Source: Tubulanus polymorphus (Eukaryota > Animalia > Nemertea). From it: 64,000 bases of DNA. The position numbers and the translations under genes are program-made. Shown piece after piece: positions 1-36,500 of this stretch. The notes below the pieces were generated by a model. That model was not told the DNA's origin and ran no database searches. It worked only from the letters and a program-made list of their open reading frames with translations. Each line of letters starts with the position of its first letter. The stretch's first letter is position 1. The DNA is taken from contig NC_134027.1 in NCBI RefSeq assembly GCF_964204645.1, positions 2,388,485 through 2,452,484 of the forward strand. Direction: 5' to 3'.

Positions 1-819
1 CAACCGACGGTTTGAGCAAGATTAAACATGGCTGCCAAGAATGTATTGAACCATTTTATGGGCACATAGATCTCCTCGTTCTAAATAACCACCTGTTTTA
101 CATACATACACGCTCTTTCTAAGAATAAACTTTGTGATATCGATGATGATTATTTCATTGAAACGCTGAAATCTTCTGAAATAAATTCTGTCTGATGATG
201 TCAATCTCCTGGCATGGTGCCATCCATTCGGGATTTTTTTCGTCACAAGATTGAGCGCTGTCTTGTACCGAATGGCTCACTCGCTCCCAGTATTTCAGTA
301 GTGACATTGTCATTATTGTTAGAAGGTCGACGAGAGTTCGTAGAATTGAAAAACTAATCAATTTCTGTGCAGCCTCTTCGGATCAATGGCTGTAGACGCG
401 GCAATAATGTCTATTAAAGTTCTATTGATTTCTGTCTCGTTGAATATCGTGTTCACCTCTATAAATTCCGTATTACGATACATTTTTCTGTGCATAGATT
501 TTCTTCCATTGTTTAGTAGTAAATGTGATCGATTTCGGCGTTATTGATATTTTGTTGTACCAGGTAGCTTCACGCTGCCGATTCCTGCCCTTGTTCGAAT
601 ATCCGACTTCTCTCCGGCTATGGTGGTGGTCACTGATCTAGAAAACCTGGAAAACTCTTGGGAATTTGAAAAATCAGGGGAAATTCAGGGAATTTGGAGG
701 GTATGCTACTGACCAGATTGTAGGGCCTGATATTTTGAAATATCTGCATTCACTGGACAATTCATTCAGTTGACAATGTGGCCACATTGATATATGATTC
801 GTTATAATTTCTATTTCAG

Positions 820-954
820 ATGTGATTGATATGAAATGCCTTGTCGGATTTATGTACTACTTTTTCTACATATGACGATGATTGAAATCACTGAATAATT
901 AAGGATTAAAAATCAGACAGACAGTTCAATGTGACACTCAACTCTTCTCCTGTG
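820..954 (+). other. Candidate non-coding 5' UTR exon of the ANKRD11/12 gene
   Basis: Acceptor tttctatttcag ends at 819 and donor GTG|gtaagc starts at 955. Supported by splice signals only. Confidence 0.3.
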
Positions 955-3049
955 GTAAGCAATGTCTAATGAACGGGGGGGGGGGGGGGGATTGGGGGAA
1001 TGTGTATGGGGTTTATCGGGCTATACAGCTGCACTAATAGTTCTCTTGTTACCATGACTACCTACACCAGTTGAAGCAGTGTGTAGTGGTTTTAAATGAA
1101 GGTACTCGGCTCAGTAATGATCAAAACCTGGTCCTTATTTTTGACTTGTTTTGTGTATCGCTTTTATTTTTGAAACGTGTGATATTCATAGGAAATATAA
1201 AGGTTATTTTGTTCAATACCCTTTACGTGGTAGGGAAATTTATGCGGCTCAAATATGCTGGAGATATTAGTAAAGTTCTCCATTGAGCTGGAACTTATCC
1301 TTGAAAAGACCGCTCTGCTGCAAAGCAAACTAAGGGTGTCTGCTGTATGTAGATGCCCTCAGGTGGATTTCCAACATTTTATATGAAGAAATCCGTGAGC
1401 AACAGAATGAAAGAAATTTTACCATGATTACGATTAAATCTCTGCATATCAATATTTTTCTGTTATTAAAAGAAATTTAAAAAAGCTCTTGAGTGAAGTG
1501 TTGTAAAGGTATCCTGTCCTGGATGCCCAGTATCTGAGGTGTATATCTTATTGTAAAAGATAAACAGATCTTTAGCGTTGGTATGTAATATATGTTTTTG
1601 AATATTGGTCGAATCTAAGTCAGACCTGGCTGGGGGCTGTGGTGGCATCGCTGTCGTGTCTGCTGCCCTCGTGATAACGACAAACTTCTGTTGTTGTCAA
1701 CTTGTTCTTATAACATCACAACAACGTCAGCCGCCGGAGAGAGTTCGATGCGAGCCGAGTCAATACACGTAGCCATGGCAACGCGGATGTAAATGTTTGG
1801 TGTAATTGAGAGCGAACCGTTGAGACAGAGAGAGAGATAGATGTTTTTCAATCCTCTCTGATTACACAATCAAATGACGACATTCTTGTTAAAAAATTAT
1901 CCACGAATAAAACCTGTTTATCCTTAAAAAATGAAATAGATGAATTGATGTATTAATATGAGATTTACTTTTTATCGTCAATCAAATTGAGGTTAAAAAA
2001 ATGTGATGAAAATAGGGAAATGACGTCAACAGCCTAAACAGAGCTGTAAAGGATCTAAATCATAATGGGCGTTCAGGGTCCGTTATAGAACACCCCTCAG
2101 ACACATTTTTACTACTAGCATGAAGAGCAAAAATCTGGCCATTTATGGGGGCCCATATTATTAAACGTGAATAGTTTCTCCCAACAAGTTTGAGGAAATA
2201 ATGCTTTAGTTATTCGCGCAACAGAATACGTGACCTTGACCTACTTGATATATCTAACTGGTAGTTGTAGCTGTTACAAGCATATAGTCGTTACACTATA
2301 GTGTCTGATAGAAATATTCCTGATAAATCGTATAAAAAATTCCCCCTCATTGCCATCTGTTTTTGTATGCCATATTTTTTTCGGATGAATTATTAATTCA
2401 GGTATGAAAATATTTCGGTCAACGGCCGGCTTTATTAGGGGCTGATTCATATTTCTGTAGGTATAATCTATGCATGGATTCGCTGTGATTAATTCAACAA
2501 CGCGTGTTGTCACCGGGAGAGTTGAGTCACCTGCAGATGGCTGCTCTTGGGTGGGGACTTTTTTTACATCCATCATCATCCATCAGTGGTCCGTCTATCG
2601 TAGCTAAAAATAGAACATCACGTCATCTTCCACATCGGCTTCCACATCAGCAGGTCCCCGCCACTCTTCTGCTCCGACGATGGACTCGGTGAAAGAATTG
2701 ACATAATTGAACTGAGATCACATTCTGATTAGTAAATATCCAGATTCTCTCCACAAATTTCAATTGAAGAAATAAAACATTTCTTTCCGCGGTTAACGTA
2801 AATTTCAATAAAAAATCAAAACCTGACGCCGGGTGAATTTTTTTTCAAAATTATTTATCATTTCAATTTATTTGAATACGGAGGAAGTGTATTAATGTTA
2901 ATAGAACCAGCATTGTTAAAGCCACGCGATATTTTTTTTTGTTCTTTTATGATTTACAGATGAGGAAGAATTTGGTGGTTATATTTCAGCGGTTAATGTG
3001 ATCATCGGGGCACAACGTGTCGTGTTGAAATCGTCCAAATGGTCGCACG

Positions 3050-26566
<23,517 letters not shown>

Positions 26567-26775
26567 AACAGGCTTCATGGCTTCTTCAAACATTAGCCAT
26601 TTTATCATCAGTCGAATCCGATTGACCAATCAACTGTGACGGACTCGGTATCAGTCCGTCAACAGCAGTTTTAATACTCAGTATATGATGAACGCGGAAA
26701 GCAAATTTTGAAGGTGTTTAAGGTTTGAAATATGTGGACAAGAACATCAAGAATGTAGTCATCACAGAAGTATAC

Positions 26776-26917
26776 AGGGGCCATTAATAAAGTATGTACG
26801 CATCCATGGGGCGGGGATGGGGTCTAAAACCGGCCGTTTCTCCCTATATAGATAATGCTTAAAATTTTGTATATCGTTGAAAATCGACAAAATTTCGTGT
26901 ACATACTTTATGTCCCT
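26776..26917. mobile_element. Degenerate MITE in the probable 3' UTR
   Basis: Ends AGGGGCCATTAATAAAGTATGTAC and GTACATACTTTATGTCCCT are inverted repeats. Confidence 0.6.
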
Positions 26918-28351
26918 ATAATTCCTTTTGTATAAGTATGTTGATCAAAATCAGTGAAATATATATACATATACGGTATGTATCTATATATATATGTTAC
27001 TGGGGACATGTAGATTATGTAAAACTAAGTGCTAGCCTGTTAATTATTGACACAATTTTCTCCAAATTTATCTTTAGTCAAAAATGAATACTATAAATGT
27101 TTTACTGGTATATCGTGACGTAAGGGCTGAATAAATAAGAACGTATATTATAACCCTAAATGTTTGGACTGAAATGTATGTGTCTATTATGATAATCTAT
27201 GATTAATAGAATATTGACACACTCGGTAAAATGTATACATATTTATACAAATGGAAATAGTTATTTAGATGGGGGGTATGGTAGCTACAGTATTGCTGGC
27301 TAGGAGAGAAGGAAGAGTTCACTGTGTCTGTTGTTTTATTGTAGTACCGTACCATACATGTTATGTGTAGATTAAATGTAATATTTGTCATCATCAAGGT
27401 TAGATTCACTTAATGGATATCATCTTTCGAGGTAGAGGAAGAGAGTAGATCATAGTTAGGGGGATACGAGTTTGCTTTATATAGAATGCGTGGTGTACTG
27501 AATACAACAGTCTTTCTAACTGCTTATGAATATGGAAGTTTGGATGTTTCAAAGCTTGTGATAGATGTCGTGCTGTAAACGTCCAAATACGAGAACGAAC
27601 GAACTCTTATTTGGCACGAGTTTGGCCTGAAGATTTATTACTTATCAACTGAACACATATTCATGTTTTAGTGTTTAAACCGACTTGTGGATAAAATGAA
27701 TGAGATAGTGTATTGTCGACATCAGTGAAGGATTAAAGTATGTTCATAGCAGGTGTTATAAAAATATAACATAAGAGCATTTTAATGGAATTATGAAAGG
27801 TTCCAGACATGTCATCATTTATTATAGATATCGTCCATACATTTCGTTTCAGTGTAAAAATTAATCATTCGATCATTTTTAAGTTGTCTTTCGACATATT
27901 GTCACTGGGTCGCGTGTTGTTTTCGAAAATGCGTGTTTTGATGATGTCATACGTTGTTGTGCTGTGCGTCTAATTCCGATTTCGCTTAGAAAAAAATTGA
28001 TCGTGCCGCGAAGTGTTTCGTGGCATTCGATCATCGACTGTGTTATTTTTTTGCTTTTCAAAAACAAAAATCTCTGCGATAGAAACCGATCAGGCGAAGG
28101 TTTTTCCTGCATTGTTTCTAGGATTGTTCGGTTTTACCAGAGATCGTGAGTCTGTTTGTAAATTGTATATGTAAATAGTTTGAGGAAATTAGAGTATATT
28201 TTTGTTGAACTACATGTAAAGATAAAATAAAAAAGTTAACACACTGATGTATGTAGAAACATTGACTGTAGTGAGTTACTGTAGTGATGCCATGGGTGCC
28301 CCGCCCATTTCGCGCGGTTGGCCATCATTCATTTTCTCTGTAATATGTTGC

Positions 28352-28499
28352 TAGGATACTGGCATTAGATAACTGCGAACGCTACTGATTTATGAATCGA
28401 TATAAGCTGAAGTTGAATTGTCCTCGAGTATTTTACAAATCCTGGACTAAATGTCAAAATGATTGAACGGGGTTTTTAGTTATCTAATGCCTGTGCCTA
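28352..28499. mobile_element. MITE-like inverted-repeat element in the probable 3' UTR
   Basis: Perfect 14-bp inverted repeat GGCATTAGATAACT (28361) / AGTTATCTAATGCC (28478), extendable to TAGG...CCTA. Confidence 0.6.
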
Positions 28500-29051
28500 T
28501 GGTTATCAATGTATATATTAAATGCACTTGAAACAATGTATCATTGTTGCTGTATCTATGTAAATATAGAACATTGAGTAAGGCCAAAACTCTGTTATTG
28601 CTTGGGTGGTGTGATAACTAAGGATTCTACAATTTAGACAACCTTAACTGAAATTTTCATTCTGTTTTTTATTTTCTGTTTGAAAAAATGAGTTTCCACT
28701 TTGAAAAATAATGAAATTCCTGGAATTCATACATAGCCGAATGTTTTGGATGTAAAAGTAACTTTTCCCGATGTTGTCTTGACACTTTGAACTTTGGAAT
28801 AATTTAGTCTTGGTTAACATACAAGCTTGCTTGGGTTTGGTCCGTTTATGAAGAATGATGGAATAAAGATAAAAATAAATGTCAGATAAAAATATTTAAA
28901 TTCTTAATTTATTGATCTTATTTTGGATGATGATCGATCTGAATGCTGCTCAATTATGGAGGAGGAAATGTTTATTGTTAAGCGCTCTAAGCAAATCAGC
29001 CGTAATGAACAGCCATATTCGATATCGCGTATAGCCCATCCCCTTGCGAAC

Positions 29052-29207
29052 TTTCTGTGAACTATTCGAGCCAGTGACAAGTTTTTTGTAAACCCTGGTG
29101 GCAGCACCGTACGGTCACCTAGCGGAATTTCTGTGAACTATTCGAGCCAGTGACAAGTTTTTTGTAAAACCTGGTGGCAGCACCGTACGGTCACCTAGCG
29201 GAATTTC
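29052..29207. repeat. 76-bp direct tandem duplication (two near-identical copies)
   Basis: TTTCTGTGAACTATTCGAGCCAGTGAC...CACCTAGCGGAA at 29052 and 29128, with one substitution seen. Confidence 0.95.
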
Positions 29208-29259
29208 CAAGAACTAATATCCTACCACGTATAATTCTCTCTTTTCGCCAAGTCTAATT

Positions 29260-30260
29260 ACGCTACATCGATGTCCCGGATCCCGGATCGATGTTCACTA
29301 AGAATATTATGATGGTAACAGAGCCGCGGGAAATCCGCCTAACCCGGTGCGCTTGCCTGTGCAGTTATTCCGTAAAGGCCCCGTATGGTGCTGTCACCAA
29401 GTTTCCCGCGCTCGTGTGGCCGGGATCGCGGACTGATTGGCTGATACCAATGTGGTCATATCCCGCGTAATCCATTCAAATTGCCTGATATACAATCGAA
29501 CTATATAGCCTAAGCTCTAAACATTGTTCGAGCATCTTTCCATACGTAGTGTTATAAAAAGCGAGATGTTCCCAGGGCGTGACCAGGGCCCGCTCGCGGC
29601 CGAGCAAAAAGTCCCAAGGCAGCCCAAATTGCTAAGTGAATAAAACCACCTTAAGGCCCCGCACACAAGCCGAAAACTGCGCGTACGCAAATGCGCAGCG
29701 CAGTTTTCGGCTCGTGTGCGGGGGCCTCAGTAGTCTCTTCTTAGTCTCTTCATTCTTTTTTTCGGAGTATTCGAAACGCAGCGATTTTGATTTCAAAAGC
29801 ATCCCACTGAGGATTTGTTCTTCTTGATGGCCCGGTATCATGCCGCCATTAATGCTGGGGCATTTGCTATTTTATTATGCTGGGGCCAAGAGTCTTCATT
29901 TTGTGCTTGTCATCTTCTGTTTCCAAACTTTCGTTCTCCGGGACAGGCTACATCGAACCCCTCGACAAGAAAGGTAGATAGGCCCCATTCATGAGTTGGA
30001 GGTCATTGACAAAACATTTATGCGCAATTCATGATTTCAGCAACATCCCCGCTCGCTTCTGCCATCTACAAAGCGGCTCACATGTGGTAAACATGGATAA
30101 ACCGGATGTAAACAAAGCCATGTGGATTTGCATGGTGAATGAAATTTCCGTGTGGTGGAGGATGCAGCATTCATAGCAGTGAAAACCGAAAGCCTTCGCT
30201 TTCTCCTCTAAGGATTAACAGCAACAATTGTCCGGAGTTTACCACTGCCTCGGCTTTTAG
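29260..30260 (+). promoter_or_regulatory. Candidate distal promoter and non-coding leader exon of the CUB-domain gene
   Basis: Locally GC/CpG-rich, reverse CCAAT box (CTGATTGGCTG, about 29432) and a consensus donor TAG|gtaagt at 30261. Confidence 0.35.
29655..29726. mobile_element. Hairpin MITE, PIF/Harbinger-like
   Basis: Near-perfect arms of about 28 bp (GGCCCCGCACACAAGCCGAAAACTGCGC / GCGCAGTTTTCGGCTCGTGTGCGGGGGCC), flanked by TAA and TCA. Confidence 0.7.
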
Positions 30261-33200
30261 GTAAGTCATTTTAGTTTTCACTTCAATAAATTATGTCCAG
30301 ATGTAGCAAGTGATTATTCGACTCACTTCGAAGTGTTGTTGACGAAAATCTAGACGTAGTGCAAGTGGACCGGGGTTGCGGACGGTATAGCCTTGGACCT
30401 TGTTCCATATCATTTTGTCTCAAATAGAATCATTCTGTGAAATGTGCATCTGGTCATTTTTTCGACCAGAGCAAATCTAGGTTGGCAAGAAATACTTAAC
30501 GTTATCATTGGAAAATGCTTACGAGTAGAAGACATATTTCTAGTTCTGTGGTTAAATCGTCGTCTTAACGATCATCAACATCGGCTCGTAAAAACCAGAT
30601 AAGAAAGTTTTTCTGCTAGCTGATATATGATTCTTATCTTCCGTTTTTTTTTTTGTCATGAAACTAGTTTATCAAAAAACACTCCGCCATCAGTCAGGGC
30701 ATATAGACGTCGCATAAACTAATCGGTACTTTTTAATTACGTTCTGCTGCACCTCGAGGTGAAGTCGCAGGCGCGCACATCAACATTAAAAATCATCTAA
30801 TTGAATCAGTATTGTAACACTCAAGATTGAAATCAAATTATGTTAAGATGTTTTTGATCTTCCTTGGTATCGGATCGATTTAGAATTTCGTAAATCAAAA
30901 AACTATATTTATTCAAGTCTGTTGTGTTCGTGTGGTATAATATATGATTCAAAACAATTGTATTATTCAAGTGCAAAAATCTAATCCTCCTTGGAGGATA
31001 CGGTATAACTAGACGGTTGAATCGTCACGTGTTTGGTCGATGCCAATGTTCTCAGATATACGATCAGAATGCGAGAAAACTTCGGTAAACGATAGAAGAG
31101 ATGGCAGCGTGAGAAGGATGATTGTATCTCAATCAGCGATAGATCTGATATAAGGTGCATAGCCAAATACCGTATCATTAGTCACGGAAAATTTCGTCAG
31201 GTTAAATGAGTCAGCTCCGACACGGGCACAATTCGAGTCTGATTGTCGGCGGCGGCGGAATCGTCTTGTGTTTATTGCGCGCTTCAATTGAGCATTCGCT
31301 ATTTATATGAAACGATGAAGCGCGCGCGCGCGGGCCACTATTAAGTTTCAGTACTCGAGACTGCTATGATCAGCAGTAACCATTGTGGTCTGATATTCAT
31401 CTCAAACGTCTATTGTCATCCAATAAAACAACGATTATCCGCAGTTCATTTAATCCGCCACGGTTTCCCGGATGTGAAGACCATCTGCTAAATGCCATGA
31501 TTGGCGTATGAAAATATCGCCTAATTTAGATTTATTGCATCGATTATCTTTTTGTTATTTCGTATCACGGCAGTAAAATAATCGCGATCTTTTCGATAAA
31601 AAGATTAATCGAATTATTTCGTTTTGTTTATGATGATTATGCGCTTAGAAAGCCATCTGGCGTATGTTCGTAGGTAACGGTGAATGTTTTGTCGTCATCT
31701 GTCGGTGAAATCAAAGGTGAACGTTGAATAAGTCGACTGTCTGCAGAAAAACTGTATATGAAACTTTAATGGTTGACCTATTATTTAATTTTCAAACATT
31801 AGCAGTAGACCTTATTAATCATCTATCTATCTAAGGAGTAAACCTATAAAGAATGACCGAACTTCACGTGTAAGCGATGTGTGTGTTCTAAAAATGAACG
31901 GCTCATAATGATATTTTGAGTATATCAGGTTTTTGCGCGTAGGTTTTGGAACATATTTTTATTTGCTTAATCAGACCGAATTACATGCATGGTAATGCAT
32001 AACATCTGGACGTGTTCAGTTTCCACGTGGATGACATCCTCTCCTCTCTCCTCCTCCCTTCTCTTCTGTTATACAGATGTTCGATCACTAGGGGGGTTAC
32101 CCGTGTCCGTCATTGAGATAAGTAGATCATAAAACATAATATTTACTAGAGAAAATAAACTTGTTTTTTCATCCAACTGGAAGTAATAGGACATCTCGGA
32201 AACATATGTTTTTATCGTATCATATTATCGTATTATTGTCTCGTGTTATCGATATCCTATCCCATACACCAGTATTCCTCGAACCCTCTCTAAAACCCTC
32301 GTACTAACCTTTACTGCCAAGGCTTCTTCTGAAAAGCCGAAAAGTAATTACCGACATTTTGATTGATTGAATTTCTTATTGCTCGGAGACCTTATATCAA
32401 ATCAATGCACACATTTGCACAATTAATATCTGAAGGATGTCGTCAATTCTCCAGACTCCACAGACAAAATCACCATTTGATGAGTCAGTATAGGATAACA
32501 GATGCACATGTGACGGTATTTTACGGACGTGACGATTTGACACCAGCAGCGGCCAATTTCAAAGCACCAGTTAACCCGAAACTATCTATCAGATAGTCAT
32601 GTGACTTACGGTGGTAAAACGCGAAATGATTCAACGACTTTAAAGCCATTCGTACAAGACAAACACAGATGAATCGACTGCACCACGCCACTCAGGTTTT
32701 TGAATTCGCTGACGAGTACTTTTACACTAACCAAAACGAATCAAACGAAATCTACCAATCAAATAAATAACAGGGTCAATCCCTATTTTAAGATAGAAAA
32801 GATACTTTAATGATATCCTACTGATCCATAGCGCGAGCTCGAAAAACAATGTTGGGGTATTTTGAAAGGCGCCAGAGACTGGTAACCACGTGGTCCATTA
32901 GTCGCAATCACTCAACTTGGATTTTTGAACTTACCAAAAAATTGTCGTCTTCGGGTATAGGTTGAAGGCCACGTGACTTTTTATTTTAACCACCAACTTT
33001 TCGATTAGATCAATCAGTTTCGTAAATCTGTTTGTAAAAAGGTTTTTCACAGATTAATGATCATGGCCTGGCATGCCCGTATTAACTGTTAAAACGAATA
33101 GCCTTGTAAAATTAGTTTCATTTGCCGGAGATTAACTCCCGTTCAAGATCTTCACTTTCGAATTTTCAATTTCTCTAACCGTATCTCAGAACGTATCAGG

Positions 33201-33471
33201 GACGCCTTAAACGAAAGTGCTCGATGAATTTCCATTAACACATTTATAAGCGTCAACTGTTAATACGTTAGATTAGGATATGCACTTATACCGACTAACA
33301 CTTGTCGTTTTCCGCTTATAGACGCTCAATTCAAACCGTGGTAGGATCTTTAAAAAAAAACATCTGGAGTCGTAGTAAAAGACTGTATCGTAATTTCTTT
33401 TATTTTCAAATATTTTCAGATGTTTATGAAGTGAAAATCATGCAGTACAATGGGTTACTATTCTGGTCACT

Positions 33472-33541
33472 ATGATGATTAACAGAGTCAGTCATATCTT
33501 AATTTATCTCTTAATAGAGATAACGCAAGGCCATTTGAAAG
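33472..33541 (+). CDS. Candidate signal-peptide exon A of the CUB-domain gene (MMINRVSHILIYLLIEITQGHLK); exon 33420-33541
   Basis: Strong acceptor (tttcttttattttcaaatattttcag) at 33419 and donor AAG|gtaaga in phase 1, compatible with exon 60385. Hydrophobic core with a T-Q-G cleavage-like site. Confidence 0.55.
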
Positions 33542-36500
33542 GTAAGAGCTTTTTTCTTGTACATGTATTCTTGAGAGCAGTGGGGAATATTGTGTAATCA
33601 TTTTCAATCACGTTTTCTATAATTCAACAGTCGTTTTTGAATGAATGTTGGTTTCTATCTGTAACAGGCATTAAATCGTCGGATAGAATATGACATCAAA
33701 ATGTGATGGATTCAACGTTGATTCGAATTCAAATCGGTTTTGCATCATTCATAACGTATTGTCAGTTCTAGGCCACTCGTTACGAACGCGCCATTTCTGG
33801 CTTTATTTAAGTATGCAGCCTTTTTTAGAGACAAAATTATTCTGTAGTTGCATATCTCATTCATGTGAAATGTGAATTTGTATCAGGCAGGTCGCATATG
33901 CTTTTTCACCTTCAAGCATCACTCAATCGAGTTCGATTTTCATTCCGTTCAATAGTTGTAACGTCATCTGAAAAACCTTCAATAATATGCACAGCATAAC
34001 TTAGTTCTTTTTTAAAACTTCAGTTCTCGATGACTCTCGGCTGCTATTTATGAACTAGATTATCAATTGTGCTGAGTTATTGTGGGAATATACCTCCTAG
34101 AAGTGCATGAATCACTAATAATCGAGTTTCGCGGGTGTTTAAGAAATGAAAGAGCCACTTAATATCGGTCATTACATCTTTGACGAGTTTTAGTCGCGAG
34201 AACGAAGATTTCCTGTAGAAATCAAGTCTTCTGAGTCATCATTAATAGGGAGCTCACCTTGAAATTGATGCTATACCTTTCCGTTCCACGTGTTGGAAAC
34301 GTGTAGTAATGTTTGTCTTATATTCAGGAATTTAATGTTCCCGCTTATCAAAACTTTTGCAGTTCAACTTTATAAATAAAAATATTTCTGGAATCGAGAC
34401 CCATTGTCTAGTAAATATAGCCTAGCATTCTGGTATCATATGCAATAGTCTGGCCGATCCATAATTTGCAATTTACTGATGTAGATTTGAATTGATTGCT
34501 AGTGGACGTTCGATTGTTGAGGAAAGTTGATATCGAGAACTCCGCTGTACAAACTTATTACATTACACAACGCAATTAACACGATATTTGATAAATTCAT
34601 ATCAAACAAACTTAGATTTCATATGAAAGTAGTGTTGTTATCGTTCTGGAACTTGGGCGAACCACTCAAATCTATACGTCCATGGGTAAACCACAGCATA
34701 CAAAGGACAGCGCCATGATTAGATTATCCTTATTCAGCATAGCTGCAAAAGTATTTTTATGTTCAGTCTCTTCACGAGGGTGACTGAGTGCTCAATAAGT
34801 CATAATGCCACAATCTGTTCCAGACCCATGCCGTGTTTTTCGATCTCGTCTTTGTCCAAGTACTAGTATAGTATAGCGCTACGTGATTCGAAGACGAGCA
34901 TGTCTGAGTGATGTTTAGCAAAGTGATTTGATAATTTGGACAGAAAAAACTCTTGACATCATCGAATTTTCAATTACTTCAAACACGTGCATGTAAACAT
35001 CACTATTGACCTCGTGATTGTTGTTTGACAAATTGTGGACGGAATTAATAAATTGATTTTTGAGTGAAAGCCCTCCGTCCAATTGAACACGTGTTAAATG
35101 ACGCACAAAGTGCTCTCTCTTTGTGGAGAGAAAAATCATCGTTTGAATTCCTCATTCAGTTCATAGATTATTAAATGAAATTCGTAGATCTGAAAACCTC
35201 AGTTGAAGGCAATGTTTTTGAGGTTTCAGCGCACGATTTTTCTATAGCCTGAGTAACCGCTGCGAGTGAAACGTCTTTGTGTCGTATCCGCTGCCGAACA
35301 AAAGGAAATTGAATTATTCGAGTTATTAACAAACTGTTCCGTGGAGTGAATGAATTAGTTGAGTAATTCGGTGTGATACCACACGATCTGTGCTTATAAC
35401 GTGTAAACATGATTTGAATCGACTCAAGGGTTGCTACATATTTTTCCCCTTAGGCCTTCCCCTTGCCCTCCTTGCGGCGTTTCAAACATAACACCAGTCC
35501 AGTTTTATTTCAGAAATATTGAAATAACAAATCGAAATAAATAAAGTGTGGATGATAGATCTAGTAGAGATACCTTTAGAAATCATATGGAATAGTTGGA
35601 ATATATTTTCAAATAAAGACCCTCGAAATTAATCGTCAATATTTGCATATCAATGAATTATGTATTAATTGTTTTTCAGATTCCATCAGTGCATTAGAAC
35701 CCTGGTGATTGCAATTACAATGCATTTATCAAAAATTCATGAATTCTACAGGTTCAATTCAGTGTCAGGTTCATTTCATGTCATATGTTGTTGTCTAACA
35801 GAATATTTCCAGATTCACTGCTGAAAGAATAGTCGGCTCTGGCACGCGAGTTCGTTCGATGCATTTTTCAGTGCAAGTTATAAAAACCGAGTTTCTTTCG
35901 CCAATATTTGTGAGGTAGACATCGATAACTACAGTGAAACTCACGGGGGATGAGCGTCAATAACCCGATATTGTCATCAGTTAAAACAACATCTGGTTCA
36001 GACACGGCAGATCATTATATTCAAGTTTACAACGAACAAATTATGTATAAACATAAAAATCCTATTGTGTAGATGATCAAATATGAGAATTTTAGAAAGA
36101 TTTAGTCGAATAGTCTAATACGTAATTCGTACACTAGAGGTAGTTTATCGGTGACGAAATAGAATTTAGACTGATTGCAATCAAAGAATGTCAGATTTTA
36201 TCGAAAATAATTGATCTTCTGTAGAAAATGCGTCCATTTTCGAATTGATTACATTCACGATGATATCTGGGATTGTACGATCTGATAGAGGCACAAATTA
36301 TCGCGTATATTCTACGATTATCTGGTAATATAATGCAAAATGAGATATCGGAATGTTTGCACGCCGCAATGATATATGACATTGATGTTGTTTGGGGAAA
36401 TCAACATATCTGCAAATTGTGTTGACATTATGACTGTGTGACGACTGTGATGTTTCTATGTGATGCATGACGATTCAATTGTTGCAGTCGTCATCAGGAT

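Larger units (their letters stand above)
26567..28880 (+). terminator. Probable 3' UTR with candidate polyadenylation signals
   Basis: AT-rich, with AATAAA at about 27130, 28226, 28862 and 28874 and TGTAHATA elements at 28170, 28510 and 28559. The true 3' end cannot be fixed from sequence alone. Confidence 0.5.

Noticed and set aside
975-990. Poly-G runs (also 11796-11814) as functional G-quadruplexes
   Set aside because: Simple homopolymers whose length is error-prone, with no other support.
32807-33210. TTAA-flanked element resembling Kolobok/Crypton ends
   Set aside because: The terminal inverted match is too degenerate to support a call by eye.
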